From positions 1 through 64,000 of the forward strand of contig KZ538358.1 in NCBI GenBank assembly GCA_000934665.2: 64,000 nucleotides of DNA, in the 5' to 3' direction. Made by a program: the position numbers and the translations under genes. Below the pieces are notes generated by a model. That model searched no databases. It saw nothing but the letters and a program-made list of their open reading frames with translations, and had not been told where the DNA came from. How positions within the stretch are numbered: the stretch's first letter is position 1; every line of letters starts with the position of its first letter. This document shows positions 1-12,770 of the stretch, piece after piece. The stretch comes from Catajapyx aquilonaris. Its lineage: Eukaryota.

Positions 1-332
1 TTCCACTCAGAATACCCCAACTCGCAAAGATATGTTGAAAAATTTAGAATAACTATCAAGGAACTAAATAGGTAAAAACCTACAAATCCGGGGCCTACTT
101 ATGAGTTCACTACTTCCTTCTCAAACAGCATCCCAAATATTCAGTTTAACTAAACTTATTTCACTTTTCTCAAACAAGTATTCATTTGATCATCCATTGT
201 AGATTTATGTCTATAGACCACAATTCACAGGTAAAATGTAGATGAAACCTGCTCTGCACTTGCATGCCAGTACTGGGAGTACCCATTTTATGCCACTTCA
301 TTTTACACCAATTCACTTTACTCCAGTTACAA

Positions 333-826
333 AATTGAATCCATTGTTTCGAAAAGGACTGAAGTCCAGAGGGCCATACCATATTGATTTACAATTTCTC
401 TTTTTTCCACAAACACAAGGCCCTTACAGGTTGCAGTTAGGCACACATTATCGACAGAATCATCCTGGAGACGAATGCGCAGGAGTCATGGGTGTGCCTG
501 CAGACCCTCCAGGAACCACATTTTTGTGGTGCGGCGCGATGCGTCGTATCCACTCCCGGAACTGCCCACAGTTGAATCAGTTGTTTCGAAAAGGACTTCA
601 GTCCACACGGCCGTATACCATATTGATTTATTTACTTTTTTTTGCCACAAATGCAGTGACCTTACAGGTTAGCAGATTGTGCATTCGGCTCCAGGAGGAT
701 GCTATCCATAATGTCTGCCTAACTGCTGACCTGTGAGGTCACTGTATTTGTGGCAAAAAAATAAATTGTAAATCAATATGGTGCGGCCATCTGGACCTGA
801 GTCCTTTTCGAAACAACTGATTCAAT
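333..826. mobile_element. MITE/foldback element with about 115-bp TIRs and an internal extra copy of the TIR
   Basis: TTGAATC..TTGTTTCGAAAAGGACT.. occurs at about 335 and 572, and inverted ending at about 826. Confidence 0.7.
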
Positions 827-1143
827 TATTTTTGAAATTTTGTATATCGGATAATTCTGATAAAATTTAAAATAACAAAACATTCAAAAACACTACCCAT
901 TTCTGTCACAAAGCATGTGAGTCCAAACATGGCATTTCTTTTTAATGGTGCATTGTGGCAGGGTGTAAAGATAATTATATGCGGTACTGTATTATTGGTC
1001 TCTGCCCTCCTGTGTACTGCACTTCTTGCCAAAGAAGGGAAAGGAACCCTAGAACCAGATGACACTCAGCCTGGAACCTCCCATTAAACTTGTGTATTAA
1101 GAGTTTCAAATACTCAGCATTAAATATTACAGCAATATTAGTA

Positions 1144-1402
1144 ATGGATACCCCGTGATAGGCCCCTTGGGCCTCTTAGGGGATCATCTTTCGAATAACC
1201 CACTTTAATCATTTGCCTGTAATGTGATGGATTTTGATAGTGGGAGGAAACGGGAGAACCCCGAGAAAACCCACGCGAACACGGAGAGAACCCATCGAAA
1301 CTCTATCCACATAAGTATCCTCCATCCGACCCGGGGATCGAACTCGGGACCTTAGAGGTGGAAGGCTGCGGCGCTAACCACTCGGCCACCGTGTCGCCCT
1401 AC
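1144..1402 (-). mobile_element. tRNA-derived SINE with V-SINE-like central domain
   Basis: A/B boxes (TGGCCGAGTGG; GAGTTCGATCC) and core GTTCTCTCCGTGTTCGCGTGGGTTTTCTCGGGGTTCTCCCGTTTCCTCCCA. 16-bp TSD TACAGCAATATTAGTA at 1128-1143 and 1403-1418. Confidence 0.85.
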
Positions 1403-1652
1403 TACAGCAATATTAGTACTGTCTGTGAGAAGTAACCTATCACATTCACACACACACACACACTTACTACTTATATTATAATATTGTCTCATTTTACTCC
1501 GTTGTATTGCTGGAACCAATATTATTATCAGTGTAAAATGGGTGCTTCCTGTGTAGCCACCATATATGAACTTTCTAAAATCCAGTCACTCCCACTTTGC
1601 TTATTTGGGGGTAATATGGTACGTTGTTATTGATATTGTTATTTATACACAG

Positions 1653-4600
1653 CCAAGACAAGGATACGGATTCTTCGCCTGTGGAGATGGTAGTGCCAGA
1701 TAAGACTGAGGTCCTTTCAGCACGCAACCTGACGATTGTTGAGGAGGATGGCTCGCTAGGCTCAGGAGGAGAACTTGGAAGTAGTGAAGAGGCATGTGTT
1801 GGGGTGGATGAGTCTTCAGGTGCCGGTGGAACTACTTTGGTGGATGCCACTTCAGGAGTTCAATACCAGTTTCGTGCTGATGGCAGTCAGAGTGGACCCC
1901 TTACGTACAGAGTTGTCCATGTCGCTGCTGGAGGAAGTGATGGCACTACTTCCCCAACTGTTACTACCGCTGAAGCTCTTCCTCAAATATCATCATCTGG
2001 ATTTTCTACTACCCAGGTCATTACAAGCCCAATTAATGGGCAGTTTTATGTCATTGGATCACAAGATATGTTTGCTGCTGCAGCAAGTCCCAGGACTTTG
2101 GCCCCCAGGTCAAGTCAGCTCCTGGAGTCTGGAAGAGGAGGATCCACAGTAAGTAATCTTATTTGATGTGTATGGATGGGTGTGGGTGTGTGTGAGAGAG
2201 ACAGGGAGGGAGAGCTAGTCCCCAACAAATGGATCATGTCGCAATATTATTTGTACCATTTGAATATTACATAACTGGAGTCATGTGCTTTTCTGATACA
2301 ATATATTGTTCATGAACAATATACGAACTGTATTTTATGAAATCATAAAACTTAAAATTATAATTCTGGTAGGTTTCTAGCATCTTCTGTTGCCATTGAA
2401 ATTGCAAAAAATATCAAATTATTAACTTGAAAGTCCATATTTTCAATACTCAAACAACAGATATTCAAAAAGTGAGTTTCACTTCTTCATCTAAAATAAC
2501 CAGGAACAACTTCCAATAAAAATTATTGTGCCTTGCAACAAAATCCTGAGGAGATCCTTTCTGTTGGTCAAACTCAAGCATTTCTCCACATTGCTTAGTC
2601 TGTGAGGCCAACATGTTATAATGAACATTCTCTTTAGTCACATCTTTCATCACAAGGGGAAGGGTTGCATTCCATCACTCCTTCAAAGTAGTTGCCTCTG
2701 GATTTACCTGACCCAGATGCGAATGTACAGGACCGCTCATAAAGAATGGTACCACTCTATGGATGAAATATTTATTATATTCCTAACCCCTGGGTTGCCA
2801 CAAGTTTTTAGGTGTTGCAGGGAAGGCCAGGAACATGGAATAAAAATAAAGCAAAAAAGATAAGAAAAAAGCAAGGCAAAGAAGGAAAATTGGGGGGGAA
2901 ATCATCTCAAATCTACGAAAGCATTGCACCTGGTTGAACATTTGGTAATAAAAATTTTCAGGAAAAAATTGAGATGAGGGGGAGGGGTTGCCAGAGGTCC
3001 AGGAAAGTTTGGCCATAGGGTTGCAACTTAAGGTAGTTCTTGCGCTAGGAAACGGAGGGCAGGGGGTGGGGTGTTGAGCCTATGTTTATACATGGGACGA
3101 GCTGGCCAATACCAACTTCTGCGATTGTAAGACATTTCTGCTAGTATTTCTCTGAAACAGAGTTTTGAGTACGTGTTTCGCCTCGGATACGTTACGTGAA
3201 CATTTATTTGGGGGATTATAATTCCCACGTGCACTTTTGTCCCGGAGAAGAGCAGAAATATGGCTGTTCCAAATACCGGAAAAAGTGCCGGAAATCCGGC
3301 AACGTGGCATACGTTGGTATCCCTTATAAACAAAGTCTCGATGTTTCGATGTATCGATATTTCCCCCCAGAGATATATCGAGTTCTCGACCCCGATTATT
3401 ACATCGATATTTTAATAAAATTACAGTGATTTGAGCTTATCAGACATCGATATTTTATAAGTAAGCCATCGATATATCGATATCAATACATCGATAGTCC
3501 CATCTCCGCCGCCCCATTCGAACGTGCCTCCTTTGCTGGTAACTTAGGTAACTGTCTAGTCGATCAATAACTTGAGACCAGAGACCAATCTCCCATACAC
3601 AATCATACACAATCATACAGTACCGGACCGGCGTTTCATTCAGAAACTCCACGGACAACACTTGCACTTCCCTTGTCAATTACATGCCATTCTGAAATCT
3701 GCCTATAGGCGGCTCGGGATTTTCAAATCCCGAGCGAGGGCCGCCATGACGACCGTCGCTTACAGCGTTGCCACTTCGACGCCAACTGTAGGGTCCGCTC
3801 CTCACAAAGTGACGATTTGCGGGGGAATGACCATGGTGACCACTATGAAAATCGCCACTAAATTAATCTCCCGACTTTCCCCCACATGAATATGGTTTTT
3901 TGTTAACATCTGAATGTTATTAAAGAAGCTAGGGACACTTTTCTCGAGGCCCGCAGACCGGCTCCCATAAGGCTCCATGCATAAGGGGCCGCCAGAAGCT
4001 CAACTTTGAAAATTAATATCTCGCAAACGAGATAGACGAACCTCTTGAAACTTCACAGGCGCATGTGCGACATGCCCAGGAATGGATGGTGTGATTTTCA
4101 CGAAATTGTCAATGAATGGACTTAGCGCAAGAACTACCTTAATAAGGTTGGGAATACCTGGAGAGCTGGAGAGTCAGATTAAACATTTCGTACATAGAGT
4201 CGTACCATTCTTTATGAGTGGGACTGTACTCTAGGCACAGACATCCAGATACTCTCCCATAAGAAAAGCATGTAAAATTGTCCAGAATAATATTGCGCTG
4301 ATTATTTTTAAATGAAAATTGGGTAGTGCCGACCACATCTAAGGTATGCACGGACCTTTATTAGTTCTCTACGAAGGGAACCGTTTAGCAAAGGGCCCTG
4401 GTCTGCAGGCAGGATCAGGTGACAGAGGGGCGGTGCAAGATGCAAATGCTGAGGCTTTAAGGGGTCATTTTGTGCTTTTGCCTCCTGGGTGGTCAGTTTA
4501 ACAGACATTCCATCTGTGATTAAGCCAGAGATGGCCCTCAACTCCACACAAATTGGAAGGGGGAAGACCCGAGTTTGGTATCAAACCTTGGGCCCTTCCA

Positions 4601-7600
4601 TCTGTGGGTTCCACAGCACCACTCCCCCTTCCTAATATTGTGATTTGTGGTGATAGTACATGATACAGGGTGTTTCACTAGGTAGTCGCCCCAAAGAATC
4701 GACTATATTTTTCTTACCACTCTACCTAGAAAGGTGATGTTTGATTTAAATATTACCTTAGTTCATGGAATTGTGGCACCATTCACAATAAATGTTGGGA
4801 TTGAACTTCAACAACCTCCATACATACTCGAACGTGACTCGACGCGACGCTCCTTATTATCGAAGATCCTCCTCAGCATATCCTCATGAATGGTCCGGAA
4901 ACGTTAGAAGACTTGGAAAGCAACATTAGTGCAGTAAGCACTAATGTTCCTTTCCAAGTCTTCTAATGTCGAGGCTCATTGTTGTAAACACAACTCTTCA
5001 AATATCCCCATTCACGGCACTTGTGACCGGTAGGAACAGGATACCCAGTTTCTTGTGACAAAATCATGGTGACTTTTTCGGTCATTCCAGCAGCCTGTGC
5101 TTCACTTTTTCAATTTTTCTCTTTCTCTAAAGGACGTCATCTACCACTGTATTGGTCCAAAACACTCAGTGCAGCAATCCTGACTATTAATGTCGATATG
5201 CTGGGGAGGGCCGTTGATAATTAGGAGCATCGAGTCGCGTTAGAATGCGTATGTAGGTCATTGAAGGTCAAGTACAGCATTTATTGTGAATCAGTGGCGT
5301 AGGCAGGGGGGGGGCCCGGGGGGGCCGGGCCCCCCCCGAAATGTTAAGAAAAAGCAATAAATGCATTACATTATGTAACAGTAAAGAAAATTTTCGCGGT
5401 TTATGAAATCCTCCCCCTCCCCTCTCCGACTCGAATACTGTTATGATACGTCAAAAAAGTCTTACAATAGGTTACAATATTATGAAACGGACCGATCGGC
5501 CATGGGCCCCCCCCGAAAAAAATTTCTGCCTACGCCACTGTGTGAATGGTGCTAATATTCTCATGAACTAATGTCAGTTTTAAACCAAACATCATGTTTC
5601 GAGTCCTGGGGCCGGCAATCCTAACCGTAGTTTTCTGTGGTTTCACACGGTATCCTCAGGAGATTTCCAGGATTGCTTCCTAAATAATTGGCCACAGCCG
5701 CTTCCTTCCTTTCCTATCCTTGTCCCATCCATGAGGAGGTGCGGTGTCGGTGGGGAGTTTCTGACCTGCATCGTGGCGAACGGGGCCCCTGAGGGACTGC
5801 ACACAACCTGCAACTTGAGACATTGCACCTGCACCAGTGTCCCCCCCTCATTATCCCTGTCCTGTCCCCTTGCACTGGAGGAAAGAAAAATAATACAAGA
5901 AAATTGATGGTGGTGTACCACCCCCCAACAGGGCCCATGTAGGCCTGTCATGGGGTAAAACAAAACAAAACAAAATGTATGTTGTTACCCATGTAGATGC
6001 TGCGAAAAGAAAATAAGACCAGATCTCAGGGAATGTGTAACCCTGCAAAGTTTTTATAGAAACAAAATTTTATGAGGTAATCTAATTTGCTAGTTTATTT
6101 TCCCCCACAGGGAATTTACCGTTTGTTAGCCCGGAATCCTGTTATTTGGATATAAATGGAATAGGGGGCATTACTGATTCTCCCAGGGGTCAGCATTTAT
6201 CAGAAAGGGTCGTTAGATACAGGAATGGAGGGGAGAGTGTTTAACCCCAGCCTCCCAACCTTGCTGTCAATTCAAGCCTTGCATCGAGGTATGGATTAGG
6301 GAGTTTAAATTATTGCCAGAATATATCCTCCTTCTCGTAACAGGGAGGCATGCAGAGTGTGGTCAGGACATGCATCTCCAGTAAAAAAGACAGCAAGTTA
6401 CCTGTCTCAGTTACATTTAGAATGCACCTTCACCCAAATATGTAAACATACCTAATAATATTAGTGATCTACAAGGTCACTATTACTGTTACGTCAGATG
6501 TTGTTCCTAAATATCAGCAAGTTCGGAGATGTATGAACCAGCTTAATTTTGTAGGTTGAGTGTCACAGATATGGAATGTAATACTTGATTTGTAGTCAGT
6601 GCAGGTCAACAACCTTGTGAGGAAAATCACAGATATAGAGCCTGGTGCAGTGCCCAAGTCCGCAGTCCAAGGGGGAGTGATGGAGTACTCACTACAGTTC
6701 TGGCTGCCAATTTTTGTGGATGTGGCAGCATTTTTTGTGTCTGCTGGAGGGTTGCAGACAGGCAGGGGACTTTTGCTGTCTGAAACTGTTTCAAACAATT
6801 TGTTGACACCATCAAGTTGCACCTTTAGTCCTGGTGTCAACAGTTGAGTGCCCACAAATTGTTATATTTTTAAGATTATTATTATTATCATCACTACTTT
6901 TCTATAATCCGTGCTGAAAAAGAATATCCAAATCCACAAAAAGCAAGTTAAAACTGGAGTGAATATGTTATCACACTTCCCACTCTCTTCCCAGCTCTTG
7001 AAATGTGGGCTTGGACAGTGCACCACTACGTATGTGGAATAAACTGGAACCCTTCACAAATGTGTTATTGTTGCTTGCTTCTGGAGAGTCATCCATGTGG
7101 AGAATGTTTATTCTTGAAACTTCAGGGAGATAGAGCATCGTTGCAATAACATACCACAGATGGCAAGGTCTCGGGTTCGATCCAAAATCTGGGCTTTCCC
7201 CCCTTCATCTTGTGCAGAGTTGGGTCGTGTCATGTGGAATCTCCATTAGACTAATCCACCCTAGGGAACTCACAAAATGACTGTATATCACACATTGCAC
7301 TTGCACCTTGCACCTCCCCTCCTTGTCACTCCCACCTGCAGACCCAGTAGCTTTGCAAAATGATTCCACTTTGTATGCTATATGGTATCATAAATGATAC
7401 AGAATTGACATGTGTGACACCACCCTATAAACAAGTTGACTCATCACCTAGGTAGTAGTACCCATAGATTTTCACATTCCCCTTTAACAATTAGACGACA
7501 TATAGCGGTCAGAGACGGTGGGCCCCATGTCAATGGAGGCGAGACATGCACTGGTCATAGCGCCCTGGTGGACTTTCCGAACGGTGACTCATCACCAATG

Positions 7601-8887
7601 TGCATGTAGTACTACTTTCCCCCTGAGAGCAGCAGTAGTGTGCAGAGGGACAGCCTATGCGCCAACTGGTAGGGGCCTGTGTACTACTTCCAAGTGGGGG
7701 GTGGGCCAAGCAGTGTTGCCAAAATTTGGCAGTGACGGGTCCACTACTAGTATGGTATAATAAAGGTCTGTGCTACATAACATACCTTGCAAGGGGAAGG
7801 ACTACCCGGATTTTAAAATAATAAAAATAATAAAAATAATAAAATATAATTCAAAACCCCTGCCACTTTTGGATGCCCCACTGAATGTCAAGCTATGCTG
7901 TGTTTTTATTTCTGTTAAACTTGTTGCTATCGAAGAGGTGCTTTTTGTCCTTTGGGTGTCCTCCCATTTGCCACAGAGGGACGAGCGTCGTCGTGCCACC
8001 CACAATGAAGTGGAGAGGCGCAGGCGAGACAAGATTAACAACTGGATAGTCAAGCTCTCCAAGATAATACCTGAGTGCAGCCAGGAGCACACCAAGCAAG
8101 GCCAGGTTGTGGTTATTTACCCATGTCAATTATTGTGTACAAAGTTAATCAAGAGGTTGTTTTTACATGTCAATTACTACACTATGGCCCATCGGGCCAG
8201 TTTTAAGGCATTGCAAGTATTTTGAATGCAAATTCTATTCTTGCATACCCATACCGCTACCACAACAAAACTCCTCGGCAATGCCGGGTTCTCTGCTAGG
8301 CACTGGGGCTTAATATTAGAAAACTGTATGCTGCAACTCATAGCTTAAAGCTAAAAACCTGTCAGGCATGTCAGACTAGGTATTTGTTCCATGCTTTGCT
8401 TGTTACTATGGGATTGAAGAGTTAGGGCTAGCACACGAAAGAGTCTAGTTATGGTCCAGTTGTACTCTTGCAATGAAAAAGGGTTGGGCAACAGATGCGT
8501 ACGAGCATGATTACCCCCTCAGTGCAGTTTGTGCAATCAGCCCTAAGTTGTTACACACTTCTTCAATTTGCATTTTACCGTATATTAGAGAATCACTCAT
8601 GAAATGTGACTAATTGTTTCAATTCTCTCTTCCTTTCACCAACCACTTCATCCCATGGCTCAAAGAGCAAAGGAGGCATCCTAGCCAAGGCATGTGAGTA
8701 CATCACTGAACTTAGGACCAACAACCAGCAGCTGGGAGAAACCCTTAAAGAGAGAGAGCGTATCCATTCAGAGGCAGACATGCTTCGGCAGCAGCTGGAG
8801 GAGCTCAGAGCTGAAAACACAATGCTGAGGTCTAGGTTGCAACAGCACGGGATTCATGCACCAGAAATTGGCACGCTATCTTCATAG
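1653..8887 (+). CDS. USF: Upstream stimulatory factor (bHLH-ZIP), 5'-partial; exons 1653-2148, 7977-8105, 8666-8887
   Basis: USF-specific-region-like GQFYVIGSQDMF..PRTLAPR, basic region RDERRRATHNEVERRRRDKINNWIVKLSKIIP, helix 2 SKGGILAKACEYITELR and a Leu zipper. GT-AG junctions join in phase 0; stop TAG at 8885-8887. The start codon lies upstream of the window. Confidence 0.93.
2726..4228. mobile_element. Tc1/mariner-type MITE (TA-CAG ends) hosting a nested element
   Basis: TACAGGACCGCTCATAAAGAATGGTACCACTCTATG at the left end; inverted CATAGAGTCGTACCATTCTTTATGAGTGGGACTGTA at the right end. Confidence 0.7.
3032..4138. mobile_element. Non-autonomous TTAA-TSD DNA transposon (Kolobok-like GG termini)
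   Basis: Perfect 16-bp TIR GGTAGTTCTTGCGCTA/TAGCGCAAGAACTACC, flanked by TTAA at 3028-3031 and 4139-4142. Confidence 0.8.
4664..5595. mobile_element. Old Tc1-type long-TIR MITE, interrupted by later insertions
   Basis: Starts TACAGGGTG. Region about 4735-4880 has a degenerate inverted copy at about 5195-5291 plus 5541-5595. Confidence 0.6.
5292..5540. mobile_element. CAGTGGCG-type MITE
   Basis: TIR CAGTGGCGTAGGCAG/CTGCCTACGCCACTG; 7-bp duplication TGTGAAT on both sides. Confidence 0.85.
5597..5975 (+). mobile_element. 5'-truncated tRNA-SINE (same family as 47071-47258)
   Basis: GGGGCCGGCAATCCTAACCGTAGTTTTCTGTGGTTTC.. is shared with the 47071 copy; (AAAAC)n tail. Confidence 0.7.
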
Positions 8888-11726
8888 GAAGACAGCATAA
8901 TTGCAAGTTGGAGATGGAGGAAACAGAACTTTATTTGTGCTTTCACGATGCCTAATGTACAGTATGTATTGTTTTTTTTACGGGTATTCCATTATGGTGT
9001 GGATACTCACATTGTTGTCTTGGGTGGGCCAGGTCTGAATTCGGAAACCATAATAATTTTCAAGGTCATGTAAAACTAGGTTGTCATGAGAGGTGAGGCA
9101 AGCATACACAGAGCGTTCCGAGTATGCTGGTCGTTTTAGCTACTTCAATCACCTGGGAATCATTGGGCTACAAGCTACACAAACTACTTGGAGCAATGTT
9201 AATGAGAACTAACGACTCCTATACACCCTGCGTTCAGAAAACCATCATTTGCAAGTGCATGAAACTTTTTCTTGTTATGTGGATGAGCGAAGCAGGTATT
9301 CCAAAAACCTAGACTTATTAGTGTCTTAGGCAGCTTTTATGGGGACTGCTGGGAAGGCATTGTACTGCAAAAACCTGCTCCATGCTCTTGCATGAAAACT
9401 ACATGCTTGTTATGGTAGTTGGACAAATGCAATGTTAGCCTATTTCTACATGGCCAGCTTAGGTTTTATTGTAGTTACTACTGGTTTTATGACTTGTGAT
9501 CACAACTTATATTTTTAAATATACTTCAACATCTTGATATCATCTGATAGCATTAACAATGGAGGAGACCAGGTCTAGTGTACACAGACACTTTGAAGGC
9601 ACAGTTAGTGTAGAAACTACTGTTTGCAAGCCCTGCTTCAACAATGGTGACAGGATGTGGAATAAAGCATTTAGCAGTTATCAACAGGCATGATACCAAA
9701 TGAGAATTTTAGAACTACTTTTTAAGTTCCTGCCTGCTGCATGGCTCTTGTCAAAAGTTTCTACCTGTCTCCCTATCCTGCAGTAGTGACTTCCAAGTGT
9801 GTTCCCATGAAGTTTTACAGGTCGGTGCACACTTGTGGGGTTGTTAATATGTTATGTTCCACAGTTGGAGACCAGGCAAGTTATGCAGCAGGTGAAAACA
9901 CATGGAGCAAAGACCTCACTTGACATTTTGTCCCTTGATAATTGCCAAAATCATATATGGTTTGGCCTGCTGAGAGCCTTTTTCTTTATTGTGCCCTATT
10001 ATTAATGTTCATTCCACATCCTGTCAGAACTGAAGAGCCTTTTTTGCTGTTACTGTACTGTTAGTTATTACAGTTAGGCAGACACTTTAAATCAGAGCTT
10101 GAATAATTACGTGAGCTAGGTCACCCGTCGGTCCACAACCTACTGCAGTTTTAGGGAGATTGAAATTTTCCTAGCAGATTCAGTGGTGGTTTTTTGCCCT
10201 GTTGCATTAACGAGAATGACAGAGTCTCAAAGATATCTGAGAAGGTGAGAAGATATATTTTTTTATATGCAAAATTGCAACTGTGGGACATTCTGAATTT
10301 CTGTAAGTGATGGTGAAAATGTGAAGAGAATGCTTGCCAGCCCTGGTTTCCTCTAATGATATTGTCAAGATTTGAAATTTTCTGGGTATGGGTACAATTT
10401 TTGTACCCATATGCCACGAAACCTTGATACTGATATTCTGTTTGTCATGTTTAGCTTATTTTTTCCTTCACTTTCTGTGCTTATAGAAAAAAGACGCCAG
10501 CTCGTTACAGGTCATGGACAAATGCAAATATGTAAGACTATTCATATAATTATGTCCTAAGGATTTTTTCATAGTTATATCTAGTTTTTGTACTTGTGAC
10601 CAGAGCTGCTTTGTTTACATGGATAATGTCTGGTAGCATCAGTAGCTATATTGAGGGGTTTTTCATCAGTGTAGATTATAAATGAATGTTCTACTGATTC
10701 ATAATATTACAATCCAGGACAAAGGGAGGAAGGTTGGAAGGGGATGGTACAAACCAGTGCATAAGGCAGCTTTGAAGATTAGTGGTAGGCAAGGGTCTTT
10801 GTGATCATAAGACTTCAAAAATTTTGAACATTCCCTAAAGTAAATATCCTTAGTTTCTTAGTTTTCTCTTGCCCAAATTGAATGTATGATGCATACTGTG
10901 ACTTGACAATTGGTGCGAAATTGCACACAGTTCTCACCTGCACCCACATTTCCAGCTTGAATATGCCCTGAGTGGATCAGGTAATGAAAGTGTGGCAATT
11001 GAGACACCCACAAAATCTGATTCTAAACTTTGGCGAACACCACTATTGTGTTGACTTGGGTAGTTGGTGGCCTAACATCCTGAAGAGAGTAGATTTCTTA
11101 TAGTTTCATTTCTAAATTTGGCATTAGTGATATGCCTGTGAGGCTGAGGTGGACCAGTTTTTAGAAACCACCCTTCTGGTGGGTCTACTGGCATGCTAGT
11201 GTGAGATGGGATGTAGTCTACGTTTCCTATCCAAAAAATTACGTTCCTACTATAATTTGACACCACTGTGTGGCTAAGCAAAAAATAAAAATAAATTAAT
11301 TTGTTGCTGCAAAACTGATTTCCACTAGGTTTTTGTGATATGTAAGGTGATGAGTTGGAAGCTGAGTGATGTCAGGATTGGTTACTCAGCTGTACAACAG
11401 AATCTCGACTTAGTTCCCGGTGACATGTTTATCAGAGAAAATATTTTTGACAAATAAGTTATAGGAAAGCAAGCACTTAACAGATCAGCATGCCAGTAAA
11501 ACCCATGTTATAAACACCAGTTTTTACAAGTTCCGACTGAGCATTTTTCTATGAAAGATAAACCCAAGTGTACTCTGTATAAATGTGTGCACCAAAGGCA
11601 TTTTTATCAGTGGTGGCATTTGATCAAATGTTGACGGTTGGTGTTGCGATTAGTATTTCTGTGTATTGCATGTAACAGGTAATACTCTGCAAGGGCACAG
11701 AACCCTCTCTTCAGGTGGTTCTTGCA

Positions 11727-12092
11727 ATAATAATAATAATAATTAATAATAATAATAATAATTTGTGGGTAATGCTTTCACCCCTTCCGGGGTATATCGC
11801 ATGGACCTTTATTGTACTTTGAGTGATTCAGTACATGGTGCCTATTTAATTAAAGCCCGGGCCCACAGGCAGGATGACAGGAGGGGATGTGCAAGGTGCA
11901 GTGCATCTGACGCTGTGGCCATTTTTAGTGAACTCCCCCGGATGGTTTAGTCTGGGAAATACCACCCGAGACGAAGCCAGAGGTGACCCTGAACTCTGCA
12001 CGAGATGAAGGGGATGTCTCCGGGCTGGGATCGAACCCGGGACCTTAACATCCGTGGGCGCATACGTTACCGCAGCACCACTCCGCCTCCCC
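11727..12092 (-). mobile_element. tRNA-derived SINE, dominant family, full length
   Basis: Head GGGGAGGCGGAGTGGTGCTGCGG..GGTTCGATCCC; body nearly identical to the 31251 and 36734 copies; (ATT)n tail. Confidence 0.9.
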
Positions 12093-12396
12093 ATAATAAT
12101 AATAGTAACAGTACTGCCTTTTCTATTACCATGGAAGCTCGCTTTCAGGTGCATGAGTATAGGAGTAATGAAGACATGTCGGAACTTGTAAAAATTAGAG
12201 TGTATGTTCATGCTGGTCAACCTCATATTATGTGTAGGCCTAATACTAATGAAGGGAATTTTTTATATGCTGGCCACTGTCCCCTTACATTCTGTGGTGC
12301 AGGTAATGCTATATGTGATTGGAAAATGCATTTAGGCTGTGTTGCACTATGAGATGGTGCAACCTGGCCTTAATGAGAGGGAGGGATAGGTAGGAC

Positions 12397-12770
12397 CAGC
12401 CCCTGCTCACTCTCCCTCTTTTCGCGTGAGCTTACCTGATCTCCCCCACCGAGGGGGATTGGCCACGGTCGGCGCTAGAGTCAAGTGCCAAGATGGTGGC
12501 GCCTTACCTAGCAGGGCAATTCTGAACCCTTTTGGTCGACTCCGATTGGCTGGAGTTTTAAAAGGCCTGCTGTGCTCTTTTTAACCATTATACTACCTCC
12601 AGTCAATCGGGAGTCGACCAAAAGGGTTCAGAATTTTCCCGCTAGGTAAGGCGCCACCAACTCGGCACTTGACTCTAGGCCCGATCGTGGCCAACCCACC
12701 TCGGTGGGGGAGATTAGCTAAGCTCACGGGCGTAGCAATGTACTGGTATAGGGAGTGACTGGGGGCTTGG
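12397..12770. repeat. Long inverted repeat (foldback/MITE), core arms about 130 bp
   Basis: 12426-12556 is the near-reverse complement of 12597-12728, with additional degenerate outer arms. Confidence 0.8.

Noticed and set aside
242..736. 164-aa ORF with an internal repeat
   Set aside because: It lies within a repeated and inverted MITE; the repeat reflects TIR duplication.
3335..3500. Cluster of TATCGATA-like (DRE) motifs
   Set aside because: It lies inside the TTAA-flanked transposon and not at a recognisable promoter.
8270..8300. Helitron-like 3' end (CGGCAATGCCG hairpin followed by CTAG)
   Set aside because: Short, not followed by T, and no matching 5' end was found.
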